Source: Macrostomum lignano
Taxonomy: Eukaryota
Length of the DNA: 64,000 nucleotides
NCBI GenBank assembly: GCA_002269645.1
Contig: NIVC01002371.1
Span: forward strand, 62,001-126,000
Direction of reading: 5' to 3'
Position 1 is the first letter of the stretch; every line of letters begins with the position of its first letter. Under the pieces are notes generated by a model. It had not been told where the DNA came from. It did no database searches and saw only the letters and a list, made by a program, of their open reading frames with translations. The position numbers and the translations under genes were made by a program. Below, piece after piece: positions 40,587 to 52,470 of this stretch.

Positions 40587-43500
40587 ATGTTTAAAAAAAT
40601 GAATGAAGTAATCACAGGCCTATGGCTTGGTGGAGTCTATGCAGCCCTGAATGACACCGAACTCAAAGCCAAAGGTGTTAAAAGAATTGTCACAGTTTGC
40701 GACTACAATCCGTTGCAATATGACAAGCACAGATCGGAACAGTTTCCTCTAGAAGAGTTTCAGCAGCACTATGTTAAAGTTCTTGATGATGCTGATGAAG
40801 ATTTGTTAAGCCATTTTAATGACTGTTTCACCTTTATCCGAGAGGGTTTGGAGACTGGAGTGGGCGTGTTAGTTCACTGGTGAGTTTGTATTTAAACTGT
40901 GTTAGCTTCTGAAAATTGTCAGGATTAATCAACCCTTTAGTTATCCATCGAATGAATTGAAGACTTAGGATCATACAGGGTATACAGCGGCCCCTTGATT
41001 GACTTTCTGATTGACCCAAGGGTCGCTATGTATATAGCTAATATATTGTCATTCCTCATCAACCTGCAGTCAGGTGGGTGTGTCTCGCAGTGCAAGCGTA
41101 GTGATTGCCTACTTGATGCACACCGATGGACTATCGCTACAGATGGCTTGCCGGAAAGTTAGCAACGCCAGGCCCATAATATCGTGAGTGTGTATTTTTT
41201 GCTGTCATGACATCGTGTGTTTTACTTGGATATTGCATTCTACTTTCAAGTTAAGTAGTGGCTTTTTGCATAAATTCAGATAAATAAAAAGTTGACGGAA
41301 AAGTTGACGAAAAAGTTAACGGAAAAGTTGACGGCCAAAGTTATACTCGTACAGGATAAGATCTCCTATTTCCATACATAAAGTACAAAATAAAATCCCT
41401 TTATCCACACACTGACAATGGGATAAAATCCCTTTATCCACACACTGACAATGGGATAAAATCCCTTTATCCACACACTGACAATGGAATAAAATCCCTT
41501 TATCCACACACTGACAATGGGATAAAATCCCTTTATCCACACACACAATTGGATAAAATCCCTTTATCCACACACTGACAATGGGATAAAATCCCTTTAT
41601 CAACACACTGACAATGGGATAAAATCCCTTTATCCACAGACTGACAGTGGGATAAAATCCCTTTATCCACAGACTGACAGTGGGATAAAATCCCTTTATC
41701 CACACACTGACAATGGGATAAAATCCCTTTATCCACACACTGACAATGGGATAAAATCCCTTTATCCACACACTGACAATGGGATAAATCCCTTTATCCA
41801 CACACACACAATTAGATAAAATCCCTTTATCCACACACTGACAATGAGATAAAATCCATTTATTAACACACTGAGAAGAGGATAGAATCCACACACACTG
41901 AGAAGGGGATAGAATCCACACACACTGAGAAGAGGATAGAATCCACACACACTGAGAAGGGGATAGAATCCACACACACGGAGAAGGGGATAGAATCCAC
42001 ATACACTGAGAAAGGGATAGAATCCACACACACTGAGAAAGGGATAGAATCCACACACACTGAGAAGGGGATAGAATCCACACACACGGAGAAGGGGATA
42101 GAATCCACACACACTGAGAAAGGGATAGAATCCACACACACTGAGAAAGGGATAGAATCCACACACACACTGAGAAGGGGATAGAATCCACACACACGGA
42201 GAAGGGGATAGAATCCACATACACTGAGAAAGGGATAGAATCCACACACACTGAGAAGGGGATAGAATCCACACACACTGAGAAAGGGATAGAATCCACA
42301 CACACTGAGAAAGGGATAGAATCCACACACACTGAGAAAGGGATAGAATCCACACACACTGAGAAGGGGATAGAATCCACACACACTGAGAAAGGGATAG
42401 AATCCACACACACTGAGAAAGGAATAGAATTCACACACACACTGAGAAGGGGATAGAATCCACACACACACTGAGAAGGGGATAGAATCCACACACACTG
42501 AGAAAGGGATAGAATCCACACACACACTGAGAAGGGGATAGAATCCACACACACTGAGAAAGGGATAGAATCCACACAGACTGAGAAAGGGATAGAATCC
42601 ACACACACTGAGAAAGGGATAGAATCCACACACACACTGAGAAAGGGATAGAATCCACACACACTGAGAAAGGAATAGAATCCACACACACTGAGAAGGG
42701 GATAGAATCCACACACACTGAGAAAGGGATAGAATCCACACACACTGAGAAAGGGATAGAATCCACACACACTGAGAAAGGGATAGAATCCACACACACT
42801 GAGAAAGGGATAGAATCCACACACACTGAGAAAGGGATAGAATCCACATACACTGAGAAAGGGATAGAATCCACACACACACTGAGAAAGGGATAGAATC
42901 CACACACACTGAGAAAGGGATAGAATCCACATACACTGAGAAAGGGATAGAATCCACATACACTGAGAAAGGGATAGAATCCACACACACTGAGAAAGGG
43001 ATAGAATCCACACACACACTGAGAAGGGGATAGAATCCACACACACACTGAGAAGGGGATAGAATCCACACACACTGAGAAGGGGATAGAATCCACACAC
43101 ACTGAGAAAGGGATAGAATCCACACACACTGAGAAAGGGATAGAATCCACACACACACTGAGAAGGGGATAGAATCCACACACACACTGAGAAAGGGATA
43201 GAATCCACACACACTGAGAAAGGGATAGAATCCACACACACACTGAGAAGGGGATAGAATCCACACACACACTGAGAAGGGGATAGAATCCACACACACT
43301 GAGAAAGGGATAGAATCCACACACACTGAGAAAGGGATAGAATCCACACACACTGAGAAGGGGATAGAATCCACACACACTGAGAAAGGGATAGAATCCA
43401 CACACACTGAGAAAGGGATAGAATCCACACACACACTGAGAAGGGGATAGAATCCACACACACACTGAGAAGGGGATAGAATCCACACACACTGAGAAAG

Positions 43501-44995
43501 GGATAGAATCCACACACACACTGAGAAGGGGATAGAATCCACACACACTGAGAAAGGGATAGAATCCACACAGACTGAGAAAGGGATAGAATCCACACAC
43601 ACTGAGAAAGGGATAGAATCCACACACACTGAGAAAGGGATAGAATCCACACACACTGAGAAAGGGATAGAATCCACACACACTGAGAAGGGGATAGAAT
43701 CCACACACACTGAGAAAGGGATAGAATCCACACACACTGAGAAAGGGATAGAATCCACACACACTGAGAAAGGGATAGAATCCACACACACTGAGAAAGG
43801 GATAGAATCCACACACACTGAGAAAGGGATAGAATCCACATACACTGAGAAAGGGATAGAATCCACACACACACTGAGAAAGGGATAGAATCCACACACA
43901 CTGAGAAAGGGATAGAATCCACATACACTGAGAAAGGGATAGAATCCACATACACTGAGAAAGGGATAGAATCCACACAGACTGAGAAAGGGATAGAATC
44001 CACACACACACTGAGAAGGGGATAGAATCCACACACACACTGAGAAGGGGATAGAATCCACACACACTGAGAAGGGGATAGAATCCACACACACTGAGAA
44101 AGGGATAGAATCCACACACACTGAGAAAGGGATAGAATCCACACACACACTGAGAAGGGGATAGAATCCACACACACTGAGAAGGGGATAGAATCCACAC
44201 ACACTGAGAAAGGGATAGAATCCACACACACTGAGAAAGGGATAGAATCCACACATTAAGTACGGGATCATTTTTTATATCGTTAGTTTTGAAATTTCGA
44301 TAAAGCGCTCATTAATTAATTGGACTTCATTCAACATCGACTCAAACAAAAAACCAACCTCACTTTGCAGCCCCAACCCCGGCTTCATGTCCCAATTATC
44401 CCTATTCGAGTCCATGGGCAACCGCGTGGACCCCAGCCACCCGAAGTTCCGGCAGTTCCAGCTGTACCGGTTCGCCCAAGATCAGCGGCGCGGCCAGATT
44501 GAAACCGACAAGATCCCCTGTGCCGCCGACCCGCCCGTCAATGCCGCTGACGGCGAGGCTGCCGTGTACCGCTGCCGGCGTTGCCGCCGCCCGCTGTTCC
44601 GCAGCTCCGGCCTGATGACTCATGCCACGTACCAGCCGAGGGGCAGCCCATCGGAGCAGCGGCTTCGTTGCTTGGCGGCGGCTTTCGACGATGCTGAAGC
44701 TGACGGTGACGACTACTGGATGGCAGAGGCACCGGCCGAAGCAGCCGATGTCGACTGTGGCCGAGAGCTGTTCGTTGAGCCGGTGGAATGGATGCGCGAG
44801 GACGCTGGCGCCGCAGTGTCCGGCAAGCTGGCGTGTCCGAAATGTTCGGCCAAGATTGGCTCGTTCAACTGGGCTGGCGAGCGGTGCAGCTGTGGCCAGT
44901 TTGTCTGTCCGGCATTTCACATCCGCTCGCAAGCGGTAGACGAGCCGGCTGGAGCGGCCGTGGCCTCGGTGGCCATGGCTGAGCCGCCTAAATGA
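40587..44995 (+). CDS. DUSP12: Dual-specificity phosphatase 12 / YVH1 homolog
   Basis: Exons 40587-40879, 41070-41183 and 44371-44995 join in frame, giving catalytic HCQVGVSRS, PNPGFMSQL and the C-terminal Zn domain (CRRCRRPLF, FVEPVEWM, GKLACPKCSAKIGSFNWAGERCSCG). Confidence 0.93.
41390..41870. repeat. 33-bp minisatellite (GGGATAAAATCCCTTTATCCACACACTGACAAT)n
   Basis: The 11-aa periodicity in the ORF track matches a 33-bp unit; lies in DUSP12 intron 2. Confidence 0.92.
41871..44254. repeat. 27/29-bp minisatellite (CTGAGAAAGGGATAGAATCCACACACA)n
   Basis: 9-aa periodicity; ~2.4 kb within DUSP12 intron 2. Confidence 0.97.
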
Positions 44996-45092
44996 TCCCG
45001 GCTTCTGAGACTGCTCATGCTGTATGCGGGTGTATGAGACTTAGTTCTTCAGGGACTTTCCGTCTTCCTGTTGCTAGCTTAATGTGAATCCT

Positions 45093-45114
45093 AGATAGAT
45101 AGATAGAATAGATG

Positions 45115-45177
<63 letters not shown>

Positions 45178-45206
45178 TAGATAGAAGATAGATAGATAGA
45201 TAGATG

Positions 45207-45248
<42 letters not shown>

Positions 45249-45255
45249 ATAGATG

Positions 45256-45297
<42 letters not shown>

Positions 45298-45304
45298 ATA
45301 GATG

Positions 45305-45351
<47 letters not shown>

Positions 45352-45369
45352 TAGATAGAAGATAGATAT

Positions 45370-45411
<42 letters not shown>

Positions 45412-45412
45412 G

Positions 45413-45450
<38 letters not shown>

Positions 45451-45465
45451 CGATAGACAGGTAGG
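45093..45465. repeat. (GATA)n microsatellite
   Basis: Read directly. Confidence 0.95.
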
Positions 45466-46958
45466 CAGGTATTTCAGTCCCTACTGGGCAGAGTATGTAC
45501 TTGTGTTGACCTCATTAAACGGTAATAGTCGCAGCAGGTGGCACAATGCTCTTTTCGGCTAATTTACCTAATTATTTTCTCAATCCGGTCAGTTGAAAAA
45601 TATCCAGCTTGCGTATCCCTTCCAATATGCGTCTTAACCGTATTTCTATGAAAATTTATTTTTATTTATACAGTGTCTTAATCAGACAGTACATCATGAA
45701 CTGGAGCCAACAGTCCCGTGCGGAGTTAACTACAATTCCCATTGCAGTTTTAATCGGTGTTTTATTATTCAGCAGAAGTTTCCTATTTTTTTATCCAACG
45801 GTTCAATTCTGCAAATAAATATACTTCTTATACTACAGTATCCAGCACACACGCGCTGTATATGGTCAGAGTTGCAATTATTAAATATTAAGATTGACAG
45901 TTGTTATTTTGGTGGTACTTTATTGATTTATCAACATTAGTTCCAAATATTACTTGAGCAATGGTAACTAGACCATGGTTAACGCGCCTGAAGTGTTTAT
46001 AAGAATCAAAGATGATGTAGGAACTTCCTGGGATTGCTAGTCTATTGAGACAAAAGGTTTTAACCGCGCAAAGTACAAGATAACAAACTAAAAAATCTGC
46101 ATCTTTGAATATATTAATCAGTGCTCGACTCTAGTCACCAGGTTGGGCAGTTATAGTTAAGTAGGACCATAGACATAATTTCTGCTTACTGTGGGGACGG
46201 AATGCGGACTTATTCAAGTCAAGGAGTTCTATAAGTAGCAATCTGGAGTGGAAGCGTTATTGTAAAGATAAGGAGCCAACACTGAATGTCTATGGCTCTG
46301 TTTGACTCTGTCTATGCTAGTCTGGCCTCATGAGATAAAACTGAAAAACTCGCTTTCACTCCAGGTTGCTAATTATAGAACTCCTTGCTTCAAGTTTACG
46401 TTGATACTCATAGATTTAGTTTCCGTTTTGATAGGAACATCCTTTAAGCCTCCTTTACGTTACCTCCAACCCAACTATATGTAGCGTAAAGCCAACCACC
46501 GGGGCACGGGTAATGGGGCGGGGGTTCGGTGGAAACGGAAACTAACTGTACCGAGTTCTCAATGACAATATAGCGGATTAAGGGGGTTGAGGTCGCATCA
46601 CCACTGAAGGTATATCTGCTTTTTGTAGTCAGAGGATAAGTGAAAGTTTCAGAAAAAATCTATTTACGAGTATCGGAAAAATTTTAACCAACTAAACTTG
46701 AAGAAGTCCCGAGACTATTCAAATTTACCCAATAACAGCTAGCAGTATAGGGAGGGTCGTTCGCTTAGACATTTTCGTCCCCAGACTAGCAATTGTTATC
46801 ACTGTTGGCCATAGACTAAATATTTCCTCCGAGCATTTCGCATCACTTATTGACAGGTTCATTAATTTATATTTGGTCTTCTAGCTCAGAGAGAAGCAGT
46901 TTTGTCCCGGCAATAGTTGGTTTTGCGTACCCCCTCCTCAATTCCGCCAAGCGCTCGA

Positions 46959-48599
46959 ATGATTTTAGACATCATGGATTCGTCGGAGTCTTCAGAGGAT
47001 AACACGACCTCACTGACGCCTCTGTCGGAGTCGGACCCGTCGTCCTCTAGCGGAGACCCCTTGCAGAGACTCGAGGACCTGGGCCGCACCGTCTGGAGTC
47101 AGATCTCACAGTCCGACCAGTTCACTGAAAAGTACGGCCGTGACCTTGAAAACCCTGGCACCGTTCATTGTTACCTATTCACCAGACTGCCTCGAGACGA
47201 TACGCTTGCATTCGAAGCTTTTGCTAACGTTCAAACTGCGAGCATTATGAAGGAGGAGCTGGTATATCATTCAATTTTTGAGCGCTTGATTGAGCGGTAC
47301 ACGAAGAGTCGGGCAAAACCCAACCCGGTGTTGATGGAGACCAGGTCCACTGAGTTCTGCTACCGGCTGACTGTCCTGGTTGAGGCCGTGCCGCAACATC
47401 GCTGGGTTCTTCGTCCCGAGCTGCGTCTGTTACGCGAATACGCCATTCTGCGCCACATCTGGGAGACGTTCCGACTCGAGCTCGTGGCCAACGCCAGTCC
47501 CGCCGACCTTTTAGTCGGAATTCCCATGCCGTTTGAGTTTGTGAACGTGTCCGGCTTCCCCGAGTACGAATTCGTCAATCACAATAGCGTTTGGCACCGG
47601 GGCATTCACGGAGAGGAGATCAACATGACCAAACTGGAGGTTCCTGGCACCACTGAGCGAGTCAGCTCGTCTCTCAGCTACCTTTCCTTGGAGAAGCTCG
47701 GGCCGAATCTGCAATACCTGCTGGAGTTGCTTCGTTCCCAGCGGAGCATCATGAGCCTTTCTTCGGCATTGAAAATCCTCGATCAGCTGCTCTGCCGTCT
47801 GATGGTGCTGCACAAGTACGGCGTCATTCTCGGTAATTTGGACGTCAAGTTTCTTCACTTCGGCGTTCGGGAGGCTTCCAAGGTGCTGTACATCAGCCGT
47901 TATGACTGCGCGATGGTTGCGCCAACGCAGCACCGTTCAGCCGGGCCCTACAGCGACCGTTGCGCCTGTCTGTCTGCTATTCGACGTCGCGAAGTACATT
48001 TTGTTCACGACATCGAGTCGGCATTCTACGTTTTCTTGTCGCTGATTTTTCCTATTTTACCCTGGGACGACGCTCGAACTACATTGGACTCGTCTTCTTC
48101 CAACAGCCGGACAACTGGCACGACTCCCGGATCCAGTCGAGCTACCTGGATGGACGAGAAAGCCAACTTTTGGTCCAGCAATTCCTGGTTCCAGAGAATG
48201 CTCAGACATGTCAACTCTGAATACACAGACAATGTGTATCGCGGCTTCACAGCCGATCTGCTCTCAATGCTGTACGCAAAGACTCAGGAGATTTTGGTCC
48301 AGGGCGAGTCGATACCGCAAGCTGACTACATGAGCAGCCTGATGACGCCAGCTTCCCCAGCCAACAATGCCTACAGCAACTTGCGCAGGATCATCGCTCT
48401 GTACTTCCAATTCGAGAGCGTGTCGACCATCAGCAGAGACCCGGTCTGCTCAAAGAAGCTCGAGCTGCTACTCGCCGAGGATCACCAGGACCGCCGGGTT
48501 CTGTGGAACCTCAACGACTGGTGCTGGAATCCGTTCTACCCGGCCTATGTGAGCAAGACCCGAACAAAGACCGTATCGATGAAGATCACCAGCCACTGA
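46959..48599 (+). CDS. Intronless casein kinase 1-family pseudokinase, 546 aa
   Basis: YLSLEKLGPNL, ALKILDQLLCRLMVLH, HDIESAFYVFL and LPWDD align by eye to CK1 subdomains V-IX; the HRD and DFG motifs are replaced by LGN and RYD. Confidence 0.7.
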   Translation: MILDIMDSSESSEDNTTSLTPLSESDPSSSSGDPLQRLEDLGRTVWSQISQSDQFTEKYGRDLENPGTVHCYLFTRLPRDDTLAFEAFANVQTASIMKEELVYHSIFERLIERYTKSRAKPNPVLMETRSTEFCYRLTVLVEAVPQHRWVLRPELRLLREYAILRHIWETFRLELVANASPADLLVGIPMPFEFVNVSGFPEYEFVNHNSVWHRGIHGEEINMTKLEVPGTTERVSSSLSYLSLEKLGPNLQYLLELLRSQRSIMSLSSALKILDQLLCRLMVLHKYGVILGNLDVKFLHFGVREASKVLYISRYDCAMVAPTQHRSAGPYSDRCACLSAIRRREVHFVHDIESAFYVFLSLIFPILPWDDARTTLDSSSSNSRTTGTTPGSSRATWMDEKANFWSSNSWFQRMLRHVNSEYTDNVYRGFTADLLSMLYAKTQEILVQGESIPQADYMSSLMTPASPANNAYSNLRRIIALYFQFESVSTISRDPVCSKKLELLLAEDHQDRRVLWNLNDWCWNPFYPAYVSKTRTKTVSMKITSH

Positions 48600-49229
48600 G
48601 AAAATTACCCCCCCCCCCTCGAGCTTCTGCTGTCTTCATTTATTTGTATTCCATACTGAATTTTTTAGCACATTCTCGAAGTATCCACTGCATTATTGCC
48701 TTATTCTCTGGCTTACTTTATCTTCGAAAATGTTACGTTATTATTAACTCTGTCTAATTATTATTCGTATGCCGTATTTCTTTACTAAATTGTTTTGCTG
48801 CAACTATCGATGCCGGCTGCTTTCAATTGACAAAATAAACTATTAAACTCTTGGGCTTTTCCATCGGTTATCTTCAAACATTTGAGATGGCAGAATTTTT
48901 AAAATTTTTGCTAAAAAGCTTCATATCAGGATTGATTAATTACTTTATTAGAATGATGATTGAAGAGAATATTAAGTATTGTATATTTCAACTCGAGATG
49001 TAAGGTACGATAAAAGTAACGTGTGTGCTCGCGAGTGTTACAGTTAGGCTTAGCTATTTCAATTGACATCGCTCGTATCGCTCAAAGCTGAATTTCTCGT
49101 ATCGCAAGTTTCCTAATTGAAAAATATCTATGATACATGAAAATGAAACAAAGATTATTAAGTCTCTCTGAATCAATAGGAGTACATGTCTTGAAAAAGT
49201 TGCTCAATTTAACAAGCCTCGGTCACTGT

Positions 49230-50753
49230 TCAGTCGCTGGACTCGCTCGATCGTGGCACTACCTTCAACTTTATGGGGCTCTTTACCGTCAAGAATCCGC
49301 TAGGCTTGAACTCGAGCTTCTCGAACGGCAAAGTCTCCGGCAGAGTTTGGAACTCCACCTTGAGCAGCATCTCGGCCATGGCTTTCCGCACCTCCATCTG
49401 GGCCAGTCGCATGCCGATGCAGTTCCTCGGCCCCAGGCCAAACGGGATCAGGTAGGTCGGGTCGCGGCTCTCCGCGGAGTCCTCGTCGAACCGGTCCGGA
49501 TTGAATCGCTCCGGCTCCTCCCAGACCTCCGGATCGTGCGCCAGGCAGTAGATCGGGATGCGCACGTTGATGCCCTTCTCGATCTCGTAGCCGTTCACCG
49601 TGGTGGTCTCGGTGCAGACTCTGTCTGTGAGCAAGGCCGGTGGACACAGCCGCATGGACTCCTCAAAGCAGTTGTTCAAGTAGCGGAGACTCTTCAGACA
49701 CTCGTAGTTGACTTGGCCGCCATGGTTGGCTTTGGCCTCCAACACCTCTCGGTAGGCTCGGTCCTGGCAGTCCTTGTTCCAGGCCAGAAAGTACGCCAGG
49801 TACTGCATTGCGTTGGCTGTGGTCTCAAAGCCGGCAAGGAAGAAGGTGAGCGATTGGGCCATGACTTCGTGCTCTGTCAAGCCCTTGGCCCCCTCTTTCT
49901 CGGCTTCCCGACGTGCGACGACCATCGAGGCGAGAAAGTCGTGGTACTTGTCGGAATCGGCCGAGGCCTCGCGCTCAACAAGGGCGTCGTGGATGACCTT
50001 CTGGAAGAAGTCGAAGCTCTCCTTTGGAAACAGAGTGATTTCGAACCTTTTGAACAGTGGGATTGCTATTTTAGGAAAAAGCATGAGGGACAGGAATTTC
50101 CAGCTGAACAGCTTGATGTTAAACAACTCGGAACCGTGTCGCTTGAAGTCGTTGTTCGGATCATCCTGGGTGTTGATCTGGAGACCAAACAGCGTGCTCG
50201 CCACCACATCCATAGTGAAGTTGGTGAAGAAAGTCTTGATGTCGACACTTTCGTTGGAGGACTTTACAAGAGCGGTGCAAAGCTGATCTGAGCACTGCTC
50301 AACTAGGGGGAACATCGCTTTGATCTTGCCCGAGCTGAAAGTTGGCGACAAGATACTTCGAATGCGCTTCCACTCGTGGCCCTTGAGCACCGCGATTCCT
50401 TTGTCCAGCGGTTTCGTCTCGTTGCCTAGAGAGCCTCGGTCCGTGAAGTTCTCGGCTCGCTTGATGCACACCTGTTTGATCATCTCGGTGTCGCCGATAA
50501 CTAGCACCGGACTTCTCAGCGTGTAGGTGCCGTGCACTTTGCCGTACAGCTTTAAGTCCTCGACCATTTTTCCGTGGAAGCCCAGTCGCATAAATGAAGG
50601 CAGGTCGCCAATCAGTGGCAGCATTCTCGGGCCATTGATGCCGCGCTTCTTCCAGTAGCTGTAGGGCCACATGCCGTAGATGTAGAAGGCTACGGTGCCC
50701 AGAGTGGTGTACACCAGCCAGTTTGGCACTTCAATCAGGCCTAGAATTTGCAT
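49230..50753 (-). CDS. Cytochrome P450, CYP3 clan, intronless, 507 aa
   Basis: N-terminal membrane anchor, AGFETT (I-helix), EESMR (ExxR), PERF and the heme motif PFGLGPRNCIG; ATG at 50753. Confidence 0.95.
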   Translation of the reverse strand: MQILGLIEVPNWLVYTTLGTVAFYIYGMWPYSYWKKRGINGPRMLPLIGDLPSFMRLGFHGKMVEDLKLYGKVHGTYTLRSPVLVIGDTEMIKQVCIKRAENFTDRGSLGNETKPLDKGIAVLKGHEWKRIRSILSPTFSSGKIKAMFPLVEQCSDQLCTALVKSSNESVDIKTFFTNFTMDVVASTLFGLQINTQDDPNNDFKRHGSELFNIKLFSWKFLSLMLFPKIAIPLFKRFEITLFPKESFDFFQKVIHDALVEREASADSDKYHDFLASMVVARREAEKEGAKGLTEHEVMAQSLTFFLAGFETTANAMQYLAYFLAWNKDCQDRAYREVLEAKANHGGQVNYECLKSLRYLNNCFEESMRLCPPALLTDRVCTETTTVNGYEIEKGINVRIPIYCLAHDPEVWEEPERFNPDRFDEDSAESRDPTYLIPFGLGPRNCIGMRLAQMEVRKAMAEMLLKVEFQTLPETLPFEKLEFKPSGFLTVKSPIKLKVVPRSSESSD

Positions 50754-52470
50754 GGTAGCTCTTCTTCTGCTAAAAATTATTTTATAAAATTTTATACCGA
50801 TGCAGAGTCCGCCAAATTGACAAAATTTTACCACAGAGTTTCTTGTATTTATAGTTTTTGCGTCGAGCAAAACGGATTGCACAACGCTTAGTCAGACCGT
50901 GAAAAACGATTTCAAAACACCTTTAGACCATGTCAGCTCGCTATTAGTCAGTGTCAGCTGCGTTCTTTGGGGCCTTGTCTGCAAACTCTTTACCCCCTGC
51001 GCCCTCTAGAGTTGTGGTGTGGACGGGTCAAGAAGGTGAACGAAGTGCATGTTCGTCCTATTTTGTTAGAACTGTACACTAAAGAGTACACCCAGTAGCT
51101 TTAGCTTGCTACCTGCCACCTTCTTGTCGATTAAAGCGATAACGATGCCTTATTGAATGTCTGCGCATGTACTAAAGATCCGAACTGGTAGACAACGGGG
51201 TTCCATAAATGGCAACGATTCTCATATAAAAAATGTAGCTAATTTGATTAAATGTTTTGGAGGTATTATAGTTTTTGAAAAATACATGCAGCCAGTACCC
51301 CTTCTCCCAAATAGCAAGTACCCCCCCCCCCTCAAGAGAAAAATCTTAGTAAAAATTGTCAAAATCTATTTCAAAAAATTTCTTAGTCAAAATTGATTGT
51401 TAACTGTTCAATATTGATTCGGAGTTGTCAAAAATGAAGCGGACTTTTTGGGTACACAAACCATAGAGTGTCAGTTTTGAAGCAACTCTGTCAAAATAGA
51501 ATCAGACTTTGCAGCCCAACCAGTCAGGCTATTTTAGTCTGTGTGTCTAAAGGATGGAGAAAAATAAATTTTATCAATACTTGTAGATCCAAAAAGCAAA
51601 GTCAGAATAAGCTGATTTTGCACAGCTCACTTCAGCCCCGTTCAGGCTTTCATTGGATTACTTTGTTACCGAATTCTCCCAGGAGAAGTTGACTAAATGT
51701 GCATTGTCAAAATTGAACCAGAGTTTGTCAAAATTGAAGCTTGATCTGTCAATATTGATTGTAGATTTTGAGTGCCCGACCATAGAGTGTCAATATTGAA
51801 GAGGAGTTTGTCAGTTTCGAAGTTCTCCTTGTTCAAAATCGAGGGTAAAATGGTGTAAACACTTTAAATATTTCTCAGCTGAAAGTTGATACGACCTGAT
51901 ACGAAATTCAAACCTGAAGGTTTCGGCCACAGACAAAAGCACAGAGCCAATTCGAAAACTTCTGCATTCATTGACTACACAGTACATAATTTCTTGTAAA
52001 GTAAACTCGAAAAAACAGACAAAGTACTTAAGTAGCGTCATTAGCATTGGCAGCGGCTAATACCTTGATACTCCGCCTCAAAAAAGCTTTTTAAAAGCAT
52101 ACGCTACTACTTACTACAAGTAGCTTTCTAGAATTTTCATTTAGCACATTTTCTTCAGGACGCATTTTTTCGGCTGTACAGTTAGTTCGGTAGAGCATTC
52201 GTGGTCTGTTCTGAGTCCATTGTGCTTGCTTTATTAGATGCCAGAGTTTGCACAAGCCATACTATACCTGAACGGCGCACAATGCTACGCTTTTTCCTCC
52301 TAAATTTCATTTCATTTTCGTCTTTTCATGCTCGAGACTTGGAGTTGCAGTGCGTGCTAAGCATATATGGGCTTTTTCAAGTTTGGCAAAGAAGAAGCAT
52401 CACGCGACGCTAAGACCTTGAGCACTCAACTTAGATCATCCAAAGCCGGCGGTGACAGCAAAATTCGGTC

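Noticed and set aside
40875-40883. DUSP12 apparently ending at VHW-stop, suggesting loss of the catalytic Cys
   Set aside because: An intron splits the codon (TG|T), restoring HCQVGVSRS.
41316-44271. 600-980-aa Cys-rich ORFs
   Set aside because: Translations of the 27/33-bp minisatellites in an intron.
51390-51810. Repeated CCATAGAGTGTCA and TGTCAAAATTGA motifs
   Set aside because: Probably MITE debris; no ends or TSD could be defined.
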